Shown here: positions 29,741 through 38,120 of the stretch, in pieces
How the letters are laid out: every line of letters begins with the position of its first letter
Position numbering within the stretch: position 1 is the first letter of the stretch
Source of the DNA: a bacterium
Lineage (GTDB): Bacteria; Arandabacterota; Arandabacteria; Arandabacterales; Arandabacteraceae
Length of the DNA: 64,000 nucleotides
Reading direction: 5' to 3'
NCBI GenBank assembly: GCA_029933125.1
Contig: JAOZOU010000004.1
Coordinates: 200,879 to 264,878 of the forward strand
Notes under the pieces: model-generated
The model's database searches: none
The model's input: only the letters and a program-made list of their open reading frames with translations
Told to the model about the DNA's origin: nothing
Made by a program: the position numbers and the translations under genes

Positions 29741-31123
29741 ATGGATAACCGCCCTGATTTATTGGTAATTGGAGGAGGCGTTGGGGGCTACATCGCAGCC
29801 CTGAGGGCAGCTTCTTCTGGCATGCGTGTGGCTCTCGTTGAGCGCGATCTCGTCGGTGGCACATGTCTCAACGTTGGATGCATTCCGACAAAAGCTCTCC
29901 TTGAGAGTGCAAGAATCCTGCGGCTGAGTCAGCGAGCGGGTGACTTTGGTATAGCTTTGGGCAAGCCAGCCTTTGATGTGTCAGAAGCTGTGGGACGCTC
30001 GAGAAGAATCGTGGAAACGCTACGCAAGGGGGTTGAGAGTCTTCTCAGGGCTAGGAAGGTTGAGATTGTGCGTGGAAATGCCAGGCTTAGGGATAGCAGA
30101 AGGGTGGAGGTGGAGAGTGGGACTACAACCAGTGAGATCGAAGCACATTATATTGTGATAGCCACAGGCTCATCCTGGATCAGCATTCCGGGCATCGAGC
30201 CAGATGGCATACGTGTGATAACCAGTGACCATGCTCTTTTCCCTGATGAGATTCCCGCCTCGATGGTGATTGTTGGCGCTGGAGCCGTAGGATGTGAATT
30301 TGCTGAGATCTATTCAGCATTTGGGACCAAGGTCACCTTGATAGAGATGATGGGGAGTATTCTGCCTGGGGAAGATAAGGAACTTGCTCGCAGGCTTGAG
30401 ACAGCCCTTAAGCGCAAAGGCATAGAAGTGCTGACATCAACCAAGGTTAGGCGTATTGCCGGAAATTCCAGAGGCTTGGTTGTTGAAACAGAAAATGGGA
30501 GAGGTATCGAGGCAACGAAGGTGCTTCTGGCTGTTGGACGAAAATCCAATGTGGATGGGATTGGTCTTGAGGAGGCAGGTGTTGATTTCAGTGCTAAAGG
30601 GATAGCAGTGGATAGCACCATGAAGACAAACGTTGACGGCATTTTTGCAATCGGTGATGTTACGGGGCGATACATGCTAGCTCATGTTGCAATGAATCAG
30701 GCAATGGTTGCCATAGAAAATATGCTCGGACGTCATTCATCTTTCAACTATGAGAGGGTTCCCCGTTGTGTTTATACAGAGCCGGAATACGCTGCTGTTG
30801 GCAAGACTGAGGAAATGGCTAGGCAGGAAGGAGCGAGTGTGGAAGTTAAGCGAGTTCGTCTGGGGCGGATCGGCAGGGCGCTTACACTGGGAGAGACCTT
30901 CGGGCTTGCAAAGATCGTGATAGACTCTGCCGAAAAAAGACTCTTAGGATTACAGATACTTGCGCCCCATGCTTCGGAGTTCATAACCGAGGCGACTCTT
31001 GCTCTGGGCAATGAACTTGGACTGAGGGCGCTTGGAGAATCAATTCATCCTCATCCAACACTTTCGGAGATTGTCTGGGAGAGTGCACTTTTAGCCCTTG
31101 GAAAGGCGATACATGCTGATTGA
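29741..31123 (+). CDS. lpdA: Dihydrolipoamide dehydrogenase
   Basis: GGG.GGY.AA, GGTCLNVGCIPTK redox disulfide, GAG.VG.E, HPHPTLSE. Confidence 0.93.
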   Translation: MDNRPDLLVIGGGVGGYIAALRAASSGMRVALVERDLVGGTCLNVGCIPTKALLESARILRLSQRAGDFGIALGKPAFDVSEAVGRSRRIVETLRKGVESLLRARKVEIVRGNARLRDSRRVEVESGTTTSEIEAHYIVIATGSSWISIPGIEPDGIRVITSDHALFPDEIPASMVIVGAGAVGCEFAEIYSAFGTKVTLIEMMGSILPGEDKELARRLETALKRKGIEVLTSTKVRRIAGNSRGLVVETENGRGIEATKVLLAVGRKSNVDGIGLEEAGVDFSAKGIAVDSTMKTNVDGIFAIGDVTGRYMLAHVAMNQAMVAIENMLGRHSSFNYERVPRCVYTEPEYAAVGKTEEMARQEGASVEVKRVRLGRIGRALTLGETFGLAKIVIDSAEKRLLGLQILAPHASEFITEATLALGNELGLRALGESIHPHPTLSEIVWESALLALGKAIHAD

Positions 31124-31185
31124 GATTGACTCAGTCAGAGGGAAAGTGGTAGAAGTGTCGAAAGTCACTGTGGGGTGTTGCAATC

Positions 31186-31797
31186 TTGGGTGAGATAAAC
31201 AGGCTTTACAAGGCAGATCAATCGAAGGTGATTGATGGGGTATGTGCTGGTTTTGCAGAGTTCATTGGTATTGATGCTTTCTGGGTGAGGGTGGGCTGGG
31301 CTCTGCTTACCCTGCTCGGTGGTATCGGGATAGTGGCTTATCTGCTTGCGATGTATCTTTTTCCCCGAAAGCAGAATGAGGGTAGCTCGTCTGTGAAAGC
31401 CGAAGGCCATCCAAGGATGGCAATAGGTGGTGTCATTCTCCTCGCTGTCGGTGTGCTTATTCTCCTGAGGCTCTTTGGAATTGTTCACTATGATTTCTGG
31501 GCCGCATGGGATATTGCTTGGTCAATTCTCTGGCCACTTTCTCTCATAGGTGGTGGAGCAATTCTTTTGCTCTCATACTGGCGGCAGAGTCGAGAGGGTG
31601 ATATGAAGCTCCAAAGGAGCCTAGATGACAAGAGGATATTGGGTGTCTGCGGGGCTCTTGGAAGGTTCTACAAAATCGATCCTAATGTTGTAAGATTCAT
31701 TTTTGCTCTTGCGATAATTCTATCGCGAGGCATCGCACTTATCGTCTATGTAACAATGGTAATTCTCATACCCCATGAGGCACGGGAAGCGAAGTGA
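31186..31797 (+). CDS. Membrane protein with two PspC domains
   Basis: N-terminal RLYK...KVIDGVCAG and C-terminal KLQRS..DKRILGVCGAL repeats flanking TM helices. Confidence 0.82.
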   Translation: MGEINRLYKADQSKVIDGVCAGFAEFIGIDAFWVRVGWALLTLLGGIGIVAYLLAMYLFPRKQNEGSSSVKAEGHPRMAIGGVILLAVGVLILLRLFGIVHYDFWAAWDIAWSILWPLSLIGGGAILLLSYWRQSREGDMKLQRSLDDKRILGVCGALGRFYKIDPNVVRFIFALAIILSRGIALIVYVTMVILIPHEAREAK

Positions 31798-31819
31798 CTT
31801 GGGTTTACGCCAACCTCTC

Positions 31820-32332
31820 CTAGAAGCAGTTCTTGACTTTCAGTGCTGCTACGTACTCACTCTCGTTTAAGAGTTTCACATCGAGCCTCATCTGTGGGCG
31901 GATCCGCACGTGCTCAGTGCATGGACTGAAAATCTTGGCTTTATGCGCTGCTGAGCTTTCCTTGAGTACCACATACTTTGGCAGAAGGTTATCCCTGGAT
32001 GGGATGAACCAGACAACAACAGTCTCATCGGCTTCCATGTTTACGGGAAGACGCAGCTCGTAAGAGCCAGCTTCAGTGCTCGTTGTTGACTGTATAAGCC
32101 TACCATCTGCAAAGAGCTTAACGATGACCCCGGGCAGAGGCTTTCCGGATGAATCAGTGACTTCACCGGCTATCATTTGCTCGGGAAATGGCAGGGGAGA
32201 ACCTGTATCGATATTTCGAATGTCTTTCGACTGTGGCTTTTGCTCCCCTGGAGCGGTGGAAGGCTCAGCCGCATAAGCAGCCACACCGAAAATCAGTAAG
32301 CCCACGACAATTAGCATGAGATACTTTCCCAA
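31820..32332 (-). CDS. Secreted protein with carboxypeptidase-regulatory-like beta-sandwich domain
   Basis: Signal peptide; IAGEVTDSSGKPLPGV.VKL...T...G.Y; AGGAGG RBS. Confidence 0.7.
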   Translation of the reverse strand: MGKYLMLIVVGLLIFGVAAYAAEPSTAPGEQKPQSKDIRNIDTGSPLPFPEQMIAGEVTDSSGKPLPGVIVKLFADGRLIQSTTSTEAGSYELRLPVNMEADETVVVWFIPSRDNLLPKYVVLKESSAAHKAKIFSPCTEHVRIRPQMRLDVKLLNESEYVAALKVKNCF

Positions 32333-32359
32333 GGTAATCCCTCCTTTCTTTTCAAGAGC

Positions 32360-32426
32360 AAAATACCAAAGACTCTAAGAAGTGTCAACTGCCATGCTTG
32401 CCTTTATGGGTGTCTATTGTTATCTT
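32360..32426. promoter_or_regulatory. Divergent sigma-70 promoter pair
   Basis: Minus strand: TTGACA (32388-32383), 17 nt, TATTTT preceded by TG. Plus strand: TTGCCT (32398-32403), 17 nt, TATCTT (32421-32426) preceded by TG. Confidence 0.5.
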
Positions 32427-32451
32427 TTGACACCACGAGGAGGTAACGGAA

Positions 32452-32688
32452 ATGCCAACCTATGATTATGAGTGCAGCGTTTGTGGTAAGAGAATTGCAG
32501 TTGAGCAGAGTATCAATGATAAGCCTCTCAAGAAGTGCCCTAGGTGCGGAGGGAAACTTGAAAAGCTCTTGCCTCAGACCGTCAATCTCATCTTCCGTGG
32601 TTCGGGCTTCTATGTAACCGATTATAAGCACTCTGACAATTCACGAAAGCCAAAGACTGGTGATAAGGCTAAGGAGGAGGACAAATAG
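32452..32688 (+). CDS. FmdB-family zinc-ribbon protein
   Basis: MPTYDYEC..CG, CPRCGG, FRGSGFYVTDY. Confidence 0.9.
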   Translation: MPTYDYECSVCGKRIAVEQSINDKPLKKCPRCGGKLEKLLPQTVNLIFRGSGFYVTDYKHSDNSRKPKTGDKAKEEDK

Positions 32689-32694
32689 AAGTCT

Positions 32695-33138
32695 TTACTT
32701 CGCCCAATATTTCTTGGCTATCTCAGCAAGGATACGCTCTATCTGCTGCTTCACCTTAGCTTCAGCGCTCGGCTCGAAAAATGCCTTTTCTACCCTGCCA
32801 AGGCTGTCCTTCTTGACATAGCGCAATGACTTTAAGGCTTCCATGGGGATGAGAATATCCTTTGAGACACGTACCTCAAGAGGTGTTCCATCACAGCGTG
32901 TCTTGGGATTGTTGTATGGATTCATTCCCATTGCCCAACCATGAGCAAGCATACCACAAAATGCGACCCGTAGCTTTTGCCAGTCTTTCTTGGTAACACT
33001 TTTGAGCTCGCTCGCTAGCTTGGCTACCACCCCATCAACAACAGCAGCAGCTCTACGTGCCGTGGATTCATCAAGTGATATCTTTGCAAGGTTGACAAAC
33101 ATGTGGCTTATTATCTTATGGGTATCCGACATCTTCAT
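32695..33138 (-). CDS. Hypothetical cytoplasmic protein
   Basis: 147-aa ORF with GAGGT RBS filling the gap between convergent and divergent neighbours; no family recognised. Confidence 0.6.
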   Translation of the reverse strand: MKMSDTHKIISHMFVNLAKISLDESTARRAAAVVDGVVAKLASELKSVTKKDWQKLRVAFCGMLAHGWAMGMNPYNNPKTRCDGTPLEVRVSKDILIPMEALKSLRYVKKDSLGRVEKAFFEPSAEAKVKQQIERILAEIAKKYWAK

Positions 33139-33300
33139 CTACCTCTCGAAGTCAAGTATGTCCTTTTCAAACACTTAATCGGCAAGATTAAGCAAGTCAT
33201 TGAGCAAAATCACATTGACACGGCCTATCCTTTGTTGAACAATATGATGACAAGCGTTTGGCCTGTGTCAAGTAATTTACCATATTCACGGAGCAATTGA

Positions 33301-33951
33301 ATGGTGCAAAAAAGCATTTTCGTGGTCTTTCTCATCGGTGCGATATCGGTTTCTTACTGCCTTGCCAAGGAGGCGGTCCCGACGAATCTCGAGCTTGTTG
33401 AGATGGCAGCGAGACAGGCTGTTGACTCGATTACCATCGGCGGCGCAAGAATGTCTAATCCGCGGCTCTATGTGGAGATGCAGTCTGCTGGTGAAGCATC
33501 CTGGTTGCTTGATAATCTCTTGAAGGAAAAGCTTCTCAACCTGGGTTGGCAGGTTGTAAGCGGACAGGCTCAATCCGGAGCCAGAAGTGACACAACAAGC
33601 GAAGGTTACAAACTCAATGTTCAGGTTATCGAACTTGGACTTCATTACGGGAAAGTGTGGCGCCGCTACTTGCTTGCAGGCAAGATGGTTGAGCGTATCG
33701 CAAGAGTCGCTCTGTACTATGAGCTCATTGACGGAATGTCAGGTGAGGTTCTGGAAGCCTCCAATTCGAAGGCTGAGGTTAGGGATGTTGTTCCTGCGTC
33801 GCTTCTTGGAACCCTTGCTGAAACAAAGTATGGTTTTGCCAAGCCTGAGCTTCAAAAGACAACCTGGGATCGCTATCTTGAAGGCGGGCTTGTACTTACT
33901 ATAATAGGAGTGCTGGTCTATCTATTCTATTCGAACAAGACGGCTTCATAG
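33301..33951 (+). CDS. Hypothetical exported protein with C-terminal TM anchor, upstream of bamD
   Basis: Signal peptide plus C-terminal GLVLTIIGVLVYLFY helix. Confidence 0.75.
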   Translation: MVQKSIFVVFLIGAISVSYCLAKEAVPTNLELVEMAARQAVDSITIGGARMSNPRLYVEMQSAGEASWLLDNLLKEKLLNLGWQVVSGQAQSGARSDTTSEGYKLNVQVIELGLHYGKVWRRYLLAGKMVERIARVALYYELIDGMSGEVLEASNSKAEVRDVVPASLLGTLAETKYGFAKPELQKTTWDRYLEGGLVLTIIGVLVYLFYSNKTAS

Positions 33952-33970
33952 ATCTTCGATTGGAGCAGCA

Positions 33971-34723
33971 ATGCGTCAAAGTGTTCTGATTGTTGTCAGT
34001 CTTCTGCTCTCGCTAGGAGCCTGTGCTCGCCAGGTACGGGAAGCAATGTACCCGGAGGATCGCCTTGCCCTGGCTGAACGCCTGAGATCGGAGGGGAAGT
34101 GCCTCAAGGCAATTCCTGAGTATGAAAAGCTCCTCTCTGAATTTCCTGCTCAGCAAATCGCCGAAAAAGCCCAGTTCAACCTCGCCCAATGTCATAAGGA
34201 CCTTAAGGAGTATGATCTTGCTGTTTCAGGCTTTGAGGACTTCATTGACACCTATCCAACAAGTCCCCTCGTTGACGATGCAATGTACATGATTGCAATG
34301 TGTTACCTCGAGCAATCTCCTATAGCCGAACGTGACCAGACGATGACACGCAAGGCACTTGATGAACTCAATCTCATTCTACGAGAGTATCCAGATACGG
34401 ATCTCAAGGATAAGGTTGAAAAAGCGATTGCTAAGTGTCGCTCGAAGCTTGCGAAGAAGGAGTACCTTAACGGGAGACTTTACTTGGGGCTTGGTTACTA
34501 TAAGTCAGCAATCATCTATTTTGATAGTGTTCTTCATGATTATCCGGATACACCGTGGGTAGGTCCTGCTTTGCTAGGCAAAGGTATGGCACTTGCTGCT
34601 CAGGGTAAGACTGATGAGGCACGAGCTGTATTCGAGGAAATAATAGATCGCTTTCCCTCAACCCGTATTGCTGAGGATGCTTCAAGGCACCTTCATCAGC
34701 TCGGAGGTGAAAAAAAGATCTGA
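33971..34723 (+). CDS. bamD: Outer membrane protein assembly factor BamD
   Basis: Lipobox LGAC; TPR repeats; ERDQT.T..A....YP; KLAKKEY..G..Y....YY.SAI.YF. Confidence 0.85.
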   Translation: MRQSVLIVVSLLLSLGACARQVREAMYPEDRLALAERLRSEGKCLKAIPEYEKLLSEFPAQQIAEKAQFNLAQCHKDLKEYDLAVSGFEDFIDTYPTSPLVDDAMYMIAMCYLEQSPIAERDQTMTRKALDELNLILREYPDTDLKDKVEKAIAKCRSKLAKKEYLNGRLYLGLGYYKSAIIYFDSVLHDYPDTPWVGPALLGKGMALAAQGKTDEARAVFEEIIDRFPSTRIAEDASRHLHQLGGEKKI

Positions 34724-35334
34724 CAGGTGGCCTTCACAGGATAAGCAATCTTAAGCGGATTGGGATCTTCGGTGGAACCTTTGACCCTGTCCACCTCGGG
34801 CATCTTGTCTGCGCTGAACAAGTGAGAGAAAGTATTGGACTTGATGCTGTAGTTTTCATTCCCTGCGCCGTTCCTCCTCATAAGCCAGGTTATACCCCAG
34901 TAGCATCCTCGCACCGTCTGGCGATGCTTGAGCTTGCGCTTGAGGACAATCCTAGCTTTTTGCTTTCGGATATCGAGATACAACGTGGAGGTATCTCTTA
35001 TACCGTCGATACCCTGACCCAGCTTCGCAGAGATCTTGGAAACGATCGCGAGATTTGGCTCATTCTTGGACTTGATTCTTATCTTGAAATGCCAAGCTGG
35101 AAGCAACCTGACAAGATTGTCTCTCAGTGCAATCTTGCTATTGCGCGCAGGCCTGGCTATGCCATTCCTTCCGCTGTGAGCTCTAAGGCTAAAGTCAGGT
35201 TTGTCGAGATAACAGGAATAGAGATTTCTTCAAGCGAGATCCGGAGCAGGATGGCACAGGGCAAGAGCATCAGATATCTTGTTCCTCATAAAGTCGAAGC
35301 CTATATTCAGAAGCATGGCATATACAAGGGGTGA
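34720..35334 (+). CDS. nadD: Nicotinate-nucleotide adenylyltransferase (apparent CTG start)
   Basis: In-frame KRIGIFGGTFDPVHLGH at 34753-34803 lies upstream of the ORF-track GTG (34822); PPHK, SYTVDTL, ISSSEIR motifs. Confidence 0.9.
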   Translation: MTGGLHRISNLKRIGIFGGTFDPVHLGHLVCAEQVRESIGLDAVVFIPCAVPPHKPGYTPVASSHRLAMLELALEDNPSFLLSDIEIQRGGISYTVDTLTQLRRDLGNDREIWLILGLDSYLEMPSWKQPDKIVSQCNLAIARRPGYAIPSAVSSKAKVRFVEITGIEISSSEIRSRMAQGKSIRYLVPHKVEAYIQKHGIYKG

Positions 35335-35355
35335 TCACATACGACTATCTTCGAG

Positions 35356-35384
35356 TTGACGATTAACTTTGAATGTGCTAACTT
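35356..35384 (+). promoter_or_regulatory. Sigma-70 promoter for the oxidoreductase operon
   Basis: TTGACG, 17 nt, TAACTT preceded by TG (extended -10). Confidence 0.5.
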
Positions 35385-35427
35385 ACATAGGTTTGATACT
35401 TTACAACGTGATTGAGGGAGATGAAAC

Positions 35428-35631
35428 ATGCCTGATGTAAAGGTGAATAAAGAGCGTTGCAAAGGTTGTGAGCTTTGTATAGTTTTCTGTCCCAAGCATT
35501 CGCTCGAGCTCTCAGCGAAGTTCAATTCAAAGGGCTACCATTACCCTGAATTTAGCCATCCTGACACATGTACGGGGTGCGCTATCTGCGGGCGAATGTG
35601 TCCAGAGGTTGCCCTGGAGATTTACAAATAG
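35428..35631 (+). CDS. 2x[4Fe-4S] ferredoxin-like delta subunit of 2-oxoacid:ferredoxin oxidoreductase
   Basis: CKGCELCIVFCP and CTGCAICGRMCPE; N.KGYH. Confidence 0.9.
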   Translation: MPDVKVNKERCKGCELCIVFCPKHSLELSAKFNSKGYHYPEFSHPDTCTGCAICGRMCPEVALEIYK

Positions 35632-35647
35632 GAAAGGTAGGCGAGTA

Positions 35648-36745
35648 ATGGCTCAAGAGCGTTCACTCATGAAAGGAAATGAAGCAATCGGTGAAGCCGC
35701 TATTAGAGCTGGTTGCCGCTTCTATGCAGGTTATCCTATAACCCCTCAAAATGAGCTTACCGAGTATATGTCAAGGCGGATGCCTGAAGTGGGTGGCACC
35801 TTTATCCAATCTGAAAGTGAGTTGGCCGCTATCAATATGGTTTATGGTGCAGCCGCTGCCGGGGCGCGTGCCATGACTTCTTCTTCAGGTCCGGGCATAA
35901 GTCTCAAACAAGAAGGTATTTCCTACCTCTGCGGTGCTGAATTGCCATGTTTCTATGCCAACATAGTGAGGGGCGGGCCTGGGCTTGGCAATATCGCTCC
36001 AGCACAGTCCGATTATTTTCAGGCGACTAGGGGCGGTGGGCATGGAGACTATCGCGTGATAGTTCTTGGTCCCAGCACTGTTCAGGAGCTTGTTGACCTA
36101 ACCATGCTTGGTTTTGAGCTGGCAGATCGCTACCGAAATCCAGCGATGATTCTAGGAGATGGTATCCTTGGTCAGATGATGGAACCTGTGGTGATGAGTG
36201 ATGCCATCGAATATGATGCTTCCCCAAAGAAGGAGTGGGCTTTAGGTAGCTCCGAAGGTAGATCCAAGCATCTTATAACCTCGGTCAGACTGGCACCTGG
36301 AACACTTGAGAAGCACAACATGCACCTTCTTGAAAAATACCGCAAAGTAGAAGAAGATGAAGTACGCTACGAACTCTACGAAGTTGATGATGCTGATGTT
36401 GTGCTTGTTGCTTATGGCACTGCAGCACGGGTTGCTAAGGCGGCTGTTGCAATGTCGAGACAGAATGGTGGTATCAAGCTTGGTCTTGTAAGGCCCATAA
36501 CCCTCTGGCCATTCCCAAAGACTGTAATCTCCGACATTGCAAAGGATAAGCCTGACATATTGGTTGTTGAGATGAGTCTGGGACAAATGTATGAAGATGT
36601 TCTCCTGAGTGTCTGTGGCAAAGCCAAGGTTTCGCTGTTAGCCCATACTGGTGGTGGACTGCCTTCTGAGGCGGAAATAGTGGAAACAGCAAAGCGAGCG
36701 AAGTCTTCTAATGAAGCAATAGAGGTGTATCCATCGGTTGATTAG
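35648..36745 (+). CDS. vorB: 2-oxoacid:ferredoxin oxidoreductase alpha subunit, VorB type (branched-chain 2-oxoacid-like)
   Basis: MKGNEA, GYPITPQ, QSESE.AAINMVYGA, TSSSGPGISLKQE. Confidence 0.88.
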   Translation: MAQERSLMKGNEAIGEAAIRAGCRFYAGYPITPQNELTEYMSRRMPEVGGTFIQSESELAAINMVYGAAAAGARAMTSSSGPGISLKQEGISYLCGAELPCFYANIVRGGPGLGNIAPAQSDYFQATRGGGHGDYRVIVLGPSTVQELVDLTMLGFELADRYRNPAMILGDGILGQMMEPVVMSDAIEYDASPKKEWALGSSEGRSKHLITSVRLAPGTLEKHNMHLLEKYRKVEEDEVRYELYEVDDADVVLVAYGTAARVAKAAVAMSRQNGGIKLGLVRPITLWPFPKTVISDIAKDKPDILVVEMSLGQMYEDVLLSVCGKAKVSLLAHTGGGLPSEAEIVETAKRAKSSNEAIEVYPSVD

Positions 36746-37524
36746 TGCTGGAGGTGAAAGTTTTGAAAAAGATTTTTGGAAAGCCTGAGAGCCTGAGCGA
36801 CAAACAGTTTACCTACTGTCCAGGGTGTGGTCATAGCCTCATTCATAGACTTACAGCAGAGGTTATCGATGAGCTTGGGATCATGCCGAGATGCATAGGG
36901 GTTGCCTCAGTAGGTTGTTCTGTTTTCGCTGATGAGTATTTTAATTTTGACTTCATCCAGGCTGCCCACGGGAGGGCACCAGCTGTTGCAACCGGCATTA
37001 AGCGGGTAGCTCCCGAATGTGTTGTCTTTACCCATCAGGGGGACGGTGATCTCGCCTCGATAGGGACAGCCGAGATCATTCACAGTGCTAATCGTGGTGA
37101 GAAGATCACTGTAATTTTTGTTAACAATGCAATCTATGGGATGACAGGTGGGCAGATGGCTCCTACAACCCTTGTTGGCATGAAGACGACGACATCGCCT
37201 CTTGGGCGTAGACCTGAGACAGCTGGCTATCCCATAAGGGTATGCGAGTTGCTGAAAGGCTTTGATGGAGTAGCCTATCTTGAAAGAACTGCGGTAAATA
37301 ACCCTGCAAACGTCATGAAGACTAAGCGAGCTCTTAAGAGAGCTTTTGAAACCCAGCTCGAAGGATTGGGTTTTTCCCTTGTTGAGATTCTATCCCAGTG
37401 TCCAACTGGCTGGGGGATGCTTCCCAAGGATGCTGTAGAATGGGTCGATAAGAATATGAAGCCATACTTTGCTCTCGGTGTTTTCAAGGACATAAGGGCT
37501 GAGGAGCCTCAGCACGTAACATGA
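36745..37524 (+). CDS. 2-oxoacid:ferredoxin oxidoreductase beta (TPP-binding) subunit
   Basis: YCPGCGH, HGRAPAVATG, QGDGDL...NN.IYGMTGGQ; true start may be TTG 36763. Confidence 0.9.
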   Translation: MLEVKVLKKIFGKPESLSDKQFTYCPGCGHSLIHRLTAEVIDELGIMPRCIGVASVGCSVFADEYFNFDFIQAAHGRAPAVATGIKRVAPECVVFTHQGDGDLASIGTAEIIHSANRGEKITVIFVNNAIYGMTGGQMAPTTLVGMKTTTSPLGRRPETAGYPIRVCELLKGFDGVAYLERTAVNNPANVMKTKRALKRAFETQLEGLGFSLVEILSQCPTGWGMLPKDAVEWVDKNMKPYFALGVFKDIRAEEPQHVT

Positions 37525-37540
37525 AAGAGAGGGGGCTTCG

Positions 37541-38077
37541 ATGACAACGAAGTTGATAATGGCTGGCTTTGGTGGACAAGGGGTTGTCCTCATGGGTACG
37601 CTGCTCTCGTACTCAGCGATGGTCCAGGGAAAGCACACGACGTTCTTCCCCTCATACGGTGCTGAGATGCGAGGCGGGACAGCCAATTGCTCAGTAATAG
37701 TTTCCGATGAAGAGATCCCTTCCCCTGTTGTTAGCGTACCGGATTGCGTCGTGGCCATGAATATAGCGTCTCTGGGTAAGTTTGAGGGTAGGGTGAGGGA
37801 GGGTGGTGTGATATTTATCAACTCATCACTGGTTGACAAGCATGTTTCACGCAAGGACGTCGAGGAAGTACGAGTGCCAGCCAATGAGATAGCTGAGGAG
37901 TTAGGAGCCTCAAGGGCTGCTAACATGGTCATGCTCGGAGCTGTAATAAAGAAGACCCGTGCAGTTGAACTGCAGTCAGCAATCAACAGCCTTGAGAAAG
38001 TACTCTCGGAAAGAGCCATGGCTTATCTCGACGTAAACAAGAAGGCTCTCGAACGCGGTTTCAACGAGATACCATAG
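37541..38077 (+). CDS. 2-oxoacid:ferredoxin oxidoreductase gamma subunit
   Basis: AGFGGQGV, PSYGAEMRGGTANC, NMVMLGA. Confidence 0.92.
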   Translation: MTTKLIMAGFGGQGVVLMGTLLSYSAMVQGKHTTFFPSYGAEMRGGTANCSVIVSDEEIPSPVVSVPDCVVAMNIASLGKFEGRVREGGVIFINSSLVDKHVSRKDVEEVRVPANEIAEELGASRAANMVMLGAVIKKTRAVELQSAINSLEKVLSERAMAYLDVNKKALERGFNEIP

Positions 38078-38120
38078 CTTCTGTTCCCGTAAATTTTTTC
38101 CATCCTCTTACGGCGGAGAT

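Noticed and set aside
34708..34822. nadD as a pseudogene or selenocysteine/readthrough product
   Set aside because: All catalytic motifs are intact and in one frame; a non-canonical start explains it more simply
35374..35406. Possible FNR/CRP/Rex-like sites (TTGAT-ACTT-TACAA; TGTGCTAACTTACA) near the oxidoreductase promoter
   Set aside because: Only partial palindromes, too degenerate to call
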